DNA of 60,158 nucleotides, filler included, from Perkinsus olseni (Eukaryota): NCBI GenBank assembly GCA_013115125.1. It is 2 parts of 2 records of this genome, joined end to end, with 100 filler letters (N's around TTAATTAATTAA, not from the genome) between each part and the next. Parts side by side here need not be neighbours in the genome. Positions count along the whole stretch, not along the records: positions 30,143 to 60,158 come from JABANN010000428.1; 1 more part is not named here. One strand, 5' to 3'. Shown piece by piece: positions 39,601 to 51,824 of this stretch (position 1 is its first letter; each line of letters starts with the position of its first letter). The notes under the pieces were generated by a model. It saw only the letters and a program-made list of their open reading frames with translations, ran no database searches and was not told where the DNA came from. The position numbers and the translations under genes were made by a program.

Positions 39601-42600
39601 AGCATCATCCCTCCACAGGTGGAGGCGATGGCTATTATCAATATCAACGACCAAGCCACAGCCCGAGGCGCCCAGACCGAACCGATGTACCTGATAATAA
39701 TGGTCGGGCAACGAAGAGTGGATGGTGCGTGAAAGTACGTAAAAACGTTATAAGGTTCAGGCGCGTATATCTCACGCAACACGGACAGTCAGAATCTGAC
39801 GGAGTCTTCGGGCGGATTGTGTTGTCGAGAATGGTGTAAAGCTGAGTGTGGACGAGAAGTGATTCATTCAGGGCCTTTTAATGATCATAGGGTTATTGTG
39901 TTTGCTACTTGAAATCATAAAGAGACTTATTCAGGAACTTCCGTGTTTCAAACGCTCCGAGACCAAATGCTGTGCCAGGTTTAACCTAAGATACTCTCCT
40001 ACGATATGCCAGCTTCAACCTAAGATACCCTCTTCTTCTTACACTGGCTCCTCTCTCTTGCACTCCGAGTTAGGGAAGCATTGACTGGACATAGCGCAGC
40101 TCCAACTATACTGATGATGACACTGCTGATCGGCACCGCACCTACAGCAAGCATCGACCTAAGATACGCCTGGTGACGGGAAAGGTTTCACAGAAGAATA
40201 CACTAATAAACCCTCAAAGATATACATCATGAGGTCACTCATGCATTTGATAGGTAGGAAGGATACGGTAAGTATGTTGGTGAATCGACTGTAACGGATT
40301 CGGATCCAAACTACAAGTGAGGAATTGCCGTCCACCACGATTGCCATTGGGACCCCTCGCGAGGGTGGCAGGAGGAATGAGCAATAATATACGGAAAAGT
40401 TGGTATGATAAATACGATCGTCTGATGGGTACAGATGCGACAACCGGCAAAGTAACGGCAGAATTTCACGATAAATTTTATATAGACGTTAAAAGCAGAC
40501 TTCAAAAAATACAGCGAAACCAAGAACATAATACATCCTACCACTAAAGGCGCATCCAAGGTTGAAAGATATTTTCCACAGTAGTCAAAAGATTCTCCCT
40601 GATATTACCATTTACAACCCGCCTTCTCACAAGTATTGCAATCACTGTAAGCACAGGCGTCCTTCGAACAGGAGGCTCCTGAAAAGAAAACTTATTTTCC
40701 ACCCGAAAATGATTTTATTCAGCAGGAGAAGGCTTCTAAAAATAAGATGGTCATCATCCACCCTTCCCTCCCCTTTACTACCGTATTTGCAACCGTAGAC
40801 CGAGCCTTTGTAATGACAACTACCGGGTATATCCGGCCCGGGAGGATCTTCGGGGTTGTCGGCGCACCAGTGACAAAGATACGACGAGTTATAACAACCT
40901 AATAAAGAAGGCGGAGCGATGCTGTGATGAGACAGACCGGGTGTTCTAAAGTCTTTTCTGAGTTTCACCCCTCGTATATGAAAATAAAGCTGAGACTCAG
41001 AATCGATCCTAGTATTGATTTTTACACGTAAAATTTCACGGTTCCAAAATCGATTCCGAGTTTCAGAGACGCCTTATCGAACACGCCCTCATGATCGTCT
41101 TCCACTCCGCGAATTCAATCCCGAAAAATTCAGAGGAAGCAGTCTATTGAACACCGCCAGGATACCCACTCCCTTTCATACCACTCCAATCGGAGAATAG
41201 TGAAGATGTTAGATAATAGACTGCTGCTTCTCATGTATTTCAGGAAGGCGTGAAGGACTTCATTCAACGTAGAAAAGTGGATTCCCGGGGGTAGTCCAGA
41301 GGGCACGCGGTGTTTTTAGGAGTGACAAAACGCTGATGGAAATTATTACGGCGCATCTTGAAAGATACGACACTATCACAGGTTCACCCGCCATCGACAA
41401 GAGTCGACCTAAGATACTCCGTGTTATAACCTTACTGATGCAATCCATCTGAGCTCCACATTTATTAACCATCAGTTCATGATGAGAGCTAGTGAGCAAG
41501 TTAACCTCTCCCTCGGGCCCTCGAGCCGCAGCGGCTGCCATCATGTTAATAATAATCAACAACAACATGATCTCTACTACCAACAGGTAGAATATGGTTC
41601 CCCCCGACGAAGGGTGGACACAGAGTCGTAGAAGCCCGACACGATGGATCTTCCGAGTGCCAAGTGAATCGACAATAATCAGCCATAGCCGCCGGCCGAA
41701 CACGCCAACAGCGCCGGCTGAGGGCGTTTGAGTTTACGACGGTTACCAGGGGGCCTCAACAGTGAGAAGAGCACGAACCTGAAGATTCCAGGTGAGATCG
41801 TTCCACTTATCGAACAAGGAACTCGACTGGAAACTTATTGCCAGGCTTTACGGGTGTAAGACCATCGCCTTATATAGGAGATGAAACGAACCCGATGCGT
41901 CGAATACTATGTGTGGTAAAGTGCGCACACGAAGTGTTGGGGTTCTAGTGGATGTAAATCACACACAGTAGTCGGACGGCTGCAGATGTCGCAACAAAGG
42001 GGAGCCTAGAGGTAGGCAAAGAGTGTACCTGTAAGCTCTGAAAGGGGGGCTGAAAGAGTTGCGACGGTAGTTGACTTCAAGATGGACTGCCGTAAATCCA
42101 ACTCAAAGTATAACGCAACCTAGTCTAAGCTGCGAAAGAGGCTAGTTGATACGCTTGCGAGTGCAAGGAATCAAAGGGTTCACTAGAGGATCGAGTGTTC
42201 TAGCGAAACCAGTCTAAGATCGCCACAATATAGTAGCGATCAGATCACAATCCTTTGTAAGGACAGAATCTCAACCTTCAAAAGTCCACGGAGGGGAATC
42301 TAGCCCCAGCCGTTTCAACCGTTACTACTTTCACGATGCAATACATGCACGCAATCCGAGCGAGACCAGCAATAGTAGCCGGATACGACGGAATATCATC
42401 AATAAAAGGGCTAAATTAATCATAATATTAAATAGGCATCCCACTCATCATACTTATATCATCACTGGGCCTATCTCGGACGCACGTCCGACACACCGAA
42501 CCCTTGAGAATTTTGAAGACAAGAAACGAATCTAACGCTGTTAATCGATCAGGATGGCGCGCGCTTTTTGCAAATCATAATAGTAGCAGCAATACTTCAT

Positions 42601-42632
42601 ACACCAATTGATTTGTAGTAATTGTTATCATA

Positions 42633-45600
42633 ATGGTGAAGACCTTCTCGGTAGAGGTCGACAACTGGCTGGGACAGCAGCTGCAATATGCAGGCGAGAT
42701 GTAGAAGGGTATCTTAGGTTGAACCTGGTGAAATATCTTTGAGGTCAGGTTCGAGCACGGCGATTGGAAGGGTCCTCGTGCAAAGTCATTAGACCGAAGC
42801 ACTCTATTGGAGTTTGAAAATACGGGTAAGGCGCTGATGGACTAATTTTGTGTGTGCTTGCAATCGACGGCAAAATTATGAATATAAGCTGTCATTATTT
42901 ACAACATAGACCTACTACTCCTCACCTGTCGCCTGAATTCAGTATTCCCTTTTCTGACGCCTCTAGCTGTGTTTTACCATTCCCGTTTCAGGTTCCTTCA
43001 GCGGTGTGGAGGGATACGTTAACTTCACCTCGGCCGACCATTCCGTCTACCTCACGGTTGCCTTCTATAATGGGAAGTCATCAGACGCGACCTTCACGGC
43101 GAGGGCGGGTTCGTCGCTGGCTGACGGTCGAATGATGCTGGAGAAAAGTCCGGCATTAAAAGTAATACTGGGGATCGAACCGGGGTCGAGAGAACGGCGG
43201 AGGTGGAGTTCAACCGGTAGGCTGTATTGGAATTTAATTCCTTCAGAACCAAATGCGGGGCGGCCTTTTGTATAAGGCTGATGGCTGCGCATGGGAAGTG
43301 GTCTCCCTCGACTCGGAGCACGTGGTTGTTCGAGTTTATGTTTACGGCCCGGAACCTAGTAAAGTGCAAATCCTCAACGTTCAAAGGTGAGAAGCTTCGA
43401 CCTTACGACGCATCTTTCGCGGTGAAACCAATTTTGTATCTTGCTTGGTGCAACCTATTTTGTATCTTTCGCGGTGCAACCTATTTTGTATCTTTCTCGG
43501 TCCAACCTATTTTGTATCTTTCTCGGTCCAACCTATTTTGTATCTTGCTTGGTGCAACCTATTTTGTATCTTGCTTGGTGCAACCTATTTTGTATCCTAC
43601 ACGGTACAGCGGATTTTCGTAACTCGCACGGTGCAGCCCATTCCGTGTATCACATGGTGCGACCTACTTCGTATCTTGCACGGTGCGACCTATGGATACC
43701 TTCAGGCGTCTCCCCGAAGCAGTCGAATGCCCCTCCGTTCATGCTATGATACCCGAGTCCATGCTCCCCGTGGATCCCGCCTCGGTCACCACTATCGGCA
43801 AGCGAGGGTCTGCATGCAGCAAGAAGACCCTTGTCACGAGAGTCTTCAGAATAACTGTGGATAATCGGTAATAATCGGCAGTGGGTTTTGGCTCCTTGCG
43901 TCGTGTCATCGGCGAGTTTGTGGCGATGGGGGAATCTTTTATTTTGCGAGCGCATTCTACGTCGATCCGTGATGAGAATCTTCGGGGTTGTCAGAATTTT
44001 ATTTCAGTTTTTGTAGTTCCAGTAGAATGGGGATCGAGAATTTCTTAGCTTGTAGTGATGTTGTTACTCTTAATTGTAGTACGGACAACTCATCTCGGCT
44101 GTCTCGTTGACGGAGATTTCCATTTCGCTTCGGAATTTGCTTCGCTCCGCTTTCTGTCTGTCTTCTGGGTAGCGTTGAGGCGTTGGGAGGAAAGCTTCGT
44201 AGAACCGATTATTGACGCTTGAGTCGACTTTGATGAGTGAGTTGTGATAGACTGGGGATGCCCACAGTGGCCTACTTGGCCTGGTATTTCGTCCCAAGCT
44301 TCTGTTGTTTCCGCTTCTTCCTGTTGACTTATTAGCCTGACACCGTGATAGCACGGTGGTAGTTTGGTGCGCTCTGCTGTGGAGCCTTTCAGCGTTACTT
44401 GTGGTGTTCATCGGAGAATGGACGAAACCTGAATTCCATCGTTTCTAGAGATATCTTGTAGTTGAAGCATGGAAGATACGAAAGAGGTCCTTCGAGTAGT
44501 TGTCTTATCAGCTTGGCCGTTCAGGTCGGATGAGACGTTTGTGGCGGATGGGGAATGGTTTGATAGCGGCAACTGGGCTCCGGGAAACAGGTGCAAGGTA
44601 GTGCAAGACGCCTCCGTCAATTTTGTGGTTTTCTGCTTCGCTCCGCTAAGATATTCTGCGGTTTTGTTGCTTTTCAGCATATCGCTGCACACGGCGAGAC
44701 GACCATCGAATTCAATAACATGGGTGATACTGTCAGCGGAGTGTCGGGATTGGCTTGGCTTGTCAGTGAACAGAGTCAGGATAAATACCTCAGGTGGGGA
44801 GAGTGATAGTCTATCTAGAAAGGGGTCGCCGGTTCTATACTCACTTGTTGCATTTTAGTTTCATATTTTCTAATCCCCTCGCGGGTGAGGGCATCTTCGA
44901 GGCGTGGGCGGGAGAACCACCGTATGACCTCAAGGTTGAGTGGGATAATGCTGCGCAGAGTAGGTATAGTCGAGGGACGATTCAGCGAAGGAGTGGTACG
45001 AGGTTAAGGCTAGTGGATAATTCGGTAGCGCGCGCAGGATTGGGTGTTGGGGAAAATCGGCGGGGCGGCCTCTCCTCGGTACCACTCCTTTGCAAGAGTT
45101 GGGAGAAATTTGGTATGGCAATTTATTTTTCGGGTAGGCGCGGAGGAGGAGAGAAAGAAGGAAAAGAAAAGTCACAAACGCCACTGGCACAAGCCAAAGG
45201 CCCTGAAATCGAAGAAGTCGAAATCGAAGAAAAATGACGCAGTTGTTGAGCGGAGCGAAGCGGAACCGCCAGTCCGTGTCGATTCTGGTGGTGATAGTAT
45301 CATGACCGATGCTTCGATGGATCGCTATGGGGAACCGGGGGAGAGGCCGACCCTCACTGAAGTCGCTGAAAGTAGTGCCGCTCGTGTAAAGAAAGGAAAT
45401 TTCGGGAAATTTTTTGTGTTTTTCCGATTTAGGTTTGAAGTCGTTGGGTGGTGGTATGCAGCTGAGTGATGCGAAAGTGCCGGGCTGTCGATGGAGCATC
45501 GAGGTAGGGTATTTTTGATTGGGATTGGTAATCGATCGAGTGATCGATTTGTTGGTAAATTTTTCATATTATCTATCCGCCGTCATCAATCATGTACTGG

Positions 45601-48600
45601 CCACCATTCCTAGAATTGTCATCATTTTGATATACATATTTTATCACCATGCATAGTTGGTCGTGAGATATTTCACGGCGTAGTTAGATATAGTAAACCT
45701 TATCGAAGGAGAGTGTCACTGGAAATTACCGCGATTTTCAATTATTATTATTATTATGACATAGAGGAGAGTTTCAAGGTTGACTGCCGCTCCCTGAGGT
45801 TACATGGCGTAACCGACCACTACGATCGAGAATCTTGGAACTGGAAAAAACCGTGTTCTAATACGGCGGTTGAGCGAAGTTGCCGTGGAGGTTCAAGATA
45901 CGCGAGGTTGGGCGCGGAAAATATCTTTAGGTCAAGATGTGGTCCTTTTGGTTGATATCGATCATCATCATCATCATCATCATCATTTCAGAGTCTTGGT
46001 GATGTGAATCACATCCATCTTGAAGTATTCTCGGAGTTGTCCGCGTACGACCCGACCGTGTTCCCTCCGCCGAGTACCACTCCTCCGTCAACTCCTGAGA
46101 GTAGCGTGCCGTCCACGCACGAGGTGGCGTTAGGGCCGATACAGGGAGAGGAGGGTGAAGGACAGAAGAAGAAAGTGGAGACGGAAGCGTTAGTGGTGAG
46201 TGGAGGAGAAAAAGTCACGCGCCACGAAATTGCCTCCGCCAGCGATTTGAGTTATTGCAGCCGAAGCGCCTAAATAGTTAGCAGCCTCCGTTGACGGGGT
46301 CGGCAGGACAGCAGGGTGTTGAGGAGGCTGTGTGTCGATCAATCTGTGCCGCTCGTCTGTGTGCTCTCTCGGCTGGTGTGTGGGGAGCGCGAATCTTAAT
46401 ATGAGTTTTTTGACTACATCTCGTCCTAGCTGTGGTCGCTGAGGATGATAGTTGTTGTAATAAGTTTTGTTTGGTATCTTTCTGGCTTGCCCGACCTAAA
46501 ATATGAATTACATGGTGCGACTTTGGATACCATGGTTTTGCTCAGTTGCGAGATGATACTTACGCCCGGAAGCTGGAGGCAGAGAGACAGCAACAGGAGA
46601 CCTTGGCGACCCAGGGAGGGAAGAGGAAAACTTTGAATAAATCTTTGGCGGCTATTGACGAGCAATACTCCGCTAATGATGGTTATACTGATCTGATGAA
46701 CTCGACCAGACCGAAAAATGCTGTCAGTGGTAGGCCCGGGGATCGAACCTGCGCGGGTTAGGGATGCTTAGGTGTCGGCTCTGGATTGAAGGCTGCGGGC
46801 GGGGGTATTCTGGCGGGTGCAGCGACGCTCGTTGCGGCACCGACGGTTGGTGCGAAGGAGAAGGGCGTTGGAGGATTCTTCACTGGACTGGCTAAAGGTG
46901 CGTATCTTGAGGTTGAGCGTGTAAGGTACGAAAGAAGTCGCGGTTTTGGTAGGTGTGGTGGGATTCGCGGGACTGACCATTGGCGGTGTAGCGGCGGGTG
47001 CAGTGCAAGTCGGTCGGGGAATCTACAACACTCCCGAGGCTATCCGCGCTGGGAACAAAAAGTGAGTATCTTAGGTTGAGCGTGCAAGATACAAAACAGG
47101 TCAAGATGCTTCAACATCTTCTTCCACAGATACATGAAGTGGGATGATGAGCTTGGTGCATGGGTAGACGAGACCGTCAATTTACGAGAGTTGATCAATG
47201 AAGTTCACGCTAACCCTGAAGACCCCGACTCGGACGTCGAACAAGATGGGGATAGCCACGGTAGCCATGAGGTTGTAGACACTAAGTAATAAGATACTTT
47301 TGATGAGGGCAACTTGAATATCTTTCGCAGGAAGGGTTTGAAATGTCAAGGATCAATGGGGATTGAGAAATTGGTGGGAGTGCTTTCGAGATTTTTTTGC
47401 CTGCCTTCGTTCTGTATAGCTCGGCATCCGGAGGCGTTGATGATGCGACGAAATTTTGGTAATGGAATTAAGTGAAAATCACCGAAATCCGCCCAGAGTT
47501 GTCATTCACTCAAATTGGGCAACACTCGGCCAAAACCGAGCATAGATTCTACATTGCCGCGTTTTTGTTGCATACCGATATGGGAGAATTTGTCCCATTT
47601 TCGGAAGTTTTTCCCCACTTCGCACCAATCTAACGTGAATTGATTTGGAACGACCATCTGTGGAGCTGGACGAGACGCGCAATTTTTTGCGTAAATTTTT
47701 GTGAAATGGGGGAATTTTCTTTTGTTTTTGCAGGTTTTATGATATTTTGGGCGTCAAAACCAACGCGAGCAAGGGTGAGATCAAGAAGGCTTATTATAAG
47801 AAGGCGATGGTGGTGCATCCGGATAAAAACCCCAACGACCCCGAGGCACACAAAAAGTTCCAAGAGCTGTCCCAGGCATATCAGGTGAGAGTTGGTGGAG
47901 GAGTGGTATGAGGGTTGGGAATAGGAGTTCATGTGTCTGCTTCGCTCCGCTTAAGATTTTGTAGTTTTTGACTTGGCAATGGACGGAAGAATACTGTTCT
48001 TTGGTCACGTATCATTGCCCGACTTTCGACGGAGTGCGAGGGAATGCTTCGAAAACTGGGGTACTTGCGTTGAATAAGATTTCCGCAATATCTTTTCGGA
48101 ATTTTGGAGATACGAAATTGCAGAAGGCAGTGAAATTTTTCCTGCAAAAATTCCGGAAATTGGCGGTTTCGGGATTTTCAGCGTTACTTTTATTCGTGTT
48201 GTTTCCGCATATGAGTTAGCACGGCAAGTCTTGGGCCCGCATCACTCGGACTCCCGAAAACGATTTTTTTGTATTTTTCTCAGTGTCTTTCCGACCCCGA
48301 CTTACGCAAGAAATATGATACCCAAGGTCTCGAGGGCGTGCAGGAGTCGGTGGCCACATTAGACCCCAAGTTATTCTTTGCAGTGTTATTTGGTAAGGAT
48401 ATCTTAGCGGAGCGAAGCAATGCAGGATTGGCAATTTTCAGGGTCGGAGAAGTTCCTGCCGTTCATTGGGCATCTTGAGCTAGCGAGTCAGGCGGATGCG
48501 ATGTTGCAGGAAGTCGATAAGGCGACGAAGAATGGCGATGTGAAACAAAATCCGGGGGAGAGCGATGAAGATTATGCTAATCGATTATTGAAGAATGAGA

Positions 48601-50470
48601 TGAGTAAAGATACGGATCAGAAGAGAAAGGCGAAGAGACAACAACACAGACGAGAGGTGTGTTGGGGAAGGAATCGATCACGGGGGCGCGCGCTTTTTAC
48701 ATCGCGGTTGTCAGATTAAGTGTGCGGAGGAGTTGTTGTCGAGGCTGGATCGGTATGTGATAGCTCGTGACGAGCAAGGTTTTATTAACGAGACCGTTGC
48801 GGAGGCACAGGTCCTCGCCGCGGTAGGCTGGGCTGTGCTGTTGTTAGTGGCGGAGTTGGAGTTGGAGTTGTTGTTCGTTTCAGACGTCGTTTGGTGCGCC
48901 TTTGTTGCAAACTGTGGGATGGATGTATCAGAACAGAGCTACGCAGTTCATTAATGAGGAATGTGGCAAGAGCTGGTCCAGGAGGGTGAGTTGGGGGGGG
49001 GAAGGGTGGCCCTAGGTTGCTACTGCGTCGAGCAACGGTGATATCATCTTCGTCCATCTGTCGCTCTTTCTGGATCGTTTTTGAGCGTCTCATGAATCCT
49101 GGGAATTTTGGTATTATTTGAATTGGGTCTGTTTTCTTCCTGTGTAAAACACCCAAGATAGATTTTCGCGGAATTACCATTATTTCAGTAACATTGTGAG
49201 CGTTTTTAGGAGTTGCTCACCTCGCTGATCTCGCCGGTATGATTTTTGTGTTTCAGACGGCTTCGTTGAAGGCCACTAGCAGGACGATGTCTAACAAGTA
49301 CTCGGTGGCGTCATCGATGGTCAAAGCTGCGTAAGTTAACTTTGGCATACGGCAGACACCAAAGCTTCTATCAATGGGACTTATTTTCTCCTGAGATCGA
49401 TCATGATTTTCACATAGCGTTGTCGTAGTATCGACATCCCAAGGGATGTCGACGATTGATGATTCTCACAAGATTCGCTGCCGTTGTCTCCTCAGCTTGA
49501 TCGTCTCCGCGATTGGGAGTGGCCGTACTTGGGAATTGTCCGAGTTGTGGTATTGATTGGGAGTGTCTTCAGGATGGTATTGAATAAAATGCAGAACGCG
49601 ACTGAGGAGGCTCAGAAGCAGGCTATGAGGAAGAGGGAGGAGGAGAGGAAGGGTAAGTTTACCGCGCGCCACGAAATTCTGTCACTTGTCGTTGGTTGCA
49701 GCTCGTGGTGAATCTGGCGAAGATGATACTCCGATCGAATTGAATGATGATGATTTGAAGAAGGCATCCGAGGTTGGCTCTAGGCTTTCACGCATAAAAA
49801 GATACGATTGTCTCAGGAGTTCGAGAACGCTCTACCCGTGTTCTTGAGGACGGCCTGGGACATGTGTGCCTTGGATATCGAGCACACCGTGAAGATCATC
49901 TGCAAGAGGGTTTTGATGGACATCTCAGTCCCATGGCAGGTGAGGAGACTTATTGTTGTTTTTATCAATTACGGTATTTTCTACATGTTATTTTATATCT
50001 GGTTCTATTAATTTCTTATTTTGATTTATTAATAGTAGTAGTTATAATTACAAGCCTGCAGGGTGCCGATTTGAAAGGGTCCCCCCTTTGGCACCTCGAG
50101 GCGTCGGCATAGCCGCCGTGAATTAGCCAACAGATTTTCGGGATTGCGGATGACGGGGTGACACTCCCAGCTTCTTCGCTCCAGAAATCCATTAGGGGTG
50201 GGCGCTTCTTTAGTCGGCAGCTTGTAAGTGTTAATATACCGTAAGAATTACTAATAATATGAACCCATTGGATTCTAGGTTGATGATGATGAGCTTGCTT
50301 GTTGGCTGCAGATAAGAATGCGAAGGGCGTATGCGCTGTTGCGGATGGGGCAAATCTTCGAGGATATGGGCCAAGTTGAAGATACCAAGTCGTCATGCGA
50401 CGGAGCGAAGAAGAAGCTTGAGGAGGCTTTGTACAGCAGCTTCAAGGAGAAGGCTGGAGGACGACCTTAG
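42633..50470 (+). CDS. Multi-exon protein: two tandem aegerolysin/actinoporin-like beta-sandwich domains + Gly/Ala-rich hydrophobic segment + J-domain + DnaJ-X domain
   Basis: Phase-consistent GT-AG exon chain: 42633-42700, 42749-42825, 42992-43161, 43247-43386, 43706-43867, 44525-44597, 44678-44793, 44859-44959, 45138-45371, 45433-45503, 45992-46195, 46546-46729, 46772 onward. J-domain FYDILGV...[46 protein letters not shown] (~47735-48325). DnaJ-X-type tail includes [25 protein letters not shown] and [13 protein letters not shown]. Stop TAG at 50468-50470. Confidence 0.85.
43421..43695 (+). repeat. 26-bp minisatellite (GGTGCAACCTATTTTGTATCTTGCTT consensus) within an intron
   Basis: About 7 well-conserved plus ~4 degenerate head-to-tail copies with no unique spacers, inside intron 43387-43705. 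Confidence 0.95.
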
Positions 50471-50650
50471 ACCTCAATCGATCAACAGGGCGAGCGCTAA
50501 ATGTTTTCCACTACCGCTCTAGACGCCAATGGCGTTGATAGAGCGGATCTTATCAACATTTTTTCTTCTCAAATACCCCTGAACAGTTTCTGTACTCTCC
50601 TCACCCTGCCTGCGCTTAGTTGCCGTCACAAAAGGGAAAGGAGGAAAAAT

Positions 50651-50719
50651 GACTGGTGATGGGGTAGAACCCAGGGCTTGCCGGTACAATCTTGAACGCT
50701 TCCGGCTGGATTAAACGGC
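50651..50719 (-). pseudogene. Weak tRNA-like fragment
   Basis: Minus-strand A-box-like TAATCCAGCCGG (50713-50702) and B-box-like GGTTCTACCCC (50671-50661) at near-tRNA spacing. No cloverleaf. Confidence 0.25.
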
Positions 50720-51164
50720 TTTCAGTGGAGCCTTCCCTTGGTTGTTGCTTCGGTGGCATCCTAGATTTCCGAGAAAAAATGAGGCTCAAGTTGAGATTAA
50801 CGTCATCGCGTGAAGCTGCATGATGTGACTAACGAATCGTTAGTAACGACCCCACGTACTGTACGCGAAATGCCCTGATTTTTCCCACCATTTTGCTACC
50901 TCTGAGAATCCCAGAGTGACACAGCTCGCGTTGAACTGCCGAGACGCCCTCCCTGGCATGCACATCCACGCCTAGGCTGAAGATCTCTCTCGCCTAACCC
51001 ACCGGTCTGGGACTGCGCACGGCGAATGGTAGCTGTTGCGTTATCTCGTTATCTGAGGCGAGCGAAACTCGCAGGAGGAAACGGCGATCGTGATATCAGT
51101 CGCACCGATTGCATAGATGTTTCAAGTCGCTTCTCTTTACGCCCGTAGGCTCCTCTCTGATTTA

Positions 51165-51824
51165 ATGCTTCGCGCGTGCTATTTGCCACTGCTCGTCTCC
51201 TGCAGCGTCTTAGGATCGTCCGAGCCCACCCTGCACGGTTACAGGGCCGCAGCCGCGGCGATCGAGATGCGTGATGCAAGCAGTTCCATCAGACGGGCGA
51301 GTCGACATTCCAAGCGAGGAGCCGCACCGCCACCAGAGAGAGTAGCAGAAGTGGTACCAGCAGATGAAGCTGAACTCATGCCCGTCCATGGACGGACTGC
51401 CAAGGTGTCCCATCCCCCCGCCCCTTGGGGCTTGTACTGGGTCGCTTTCAGATGTCTACTGAAGAGTCGTCGGTCAGAGTTGTTCCTATAACTGTATTTT
51501 GCATTGTTGTTTTGTCTATTGTTGTCACTGTGGTGCGACTAGTTGTCGTAACTAAGCGTAAAAATGCCGAATCGGCTGCCGCTCGGAAGGGCGATCGTGT
51601 TGTCGAGCACTCTTCCAAAGGCGAAGATGTTGTTGAAATTAGTCATCGCCGGAACGGTGACGTAAGCGAGCTCACGGCTGTGTCGTTCTTGTGAAACCTT
51701 TTGTGTTTAGGGTGATGATGCAGTCGATGACGAGCTGAATGCAAGTTCGGAGTCTACCAGTGCCGCCTCCGACGAGGAGCCGACCGCTGCGGGCACTCCC
51801 AGCGTTAATGCCAGCTTCGATTAG
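51165..51824 (+). CDS. Small type I membrane protein (signal peptide, single TM, acidic tail), 3 exons
   Basis: MLRACYLPLLVSCSVLG is signal-like. The TM VVPITVFCIVVLSIVVTVVRLVVV is followed by basic TKRK. The last exon reads GDDAVDDELN...VNASFD* (TAG 51822-51824). Confidence 0.65.

Noticed and set aside
43421-43695. 26-bp repeats as a CRISPR array
   Set aside because: The units are head-to-tail with no unique spacers, lie in a eukaryotic intron, and no cas genes are present.
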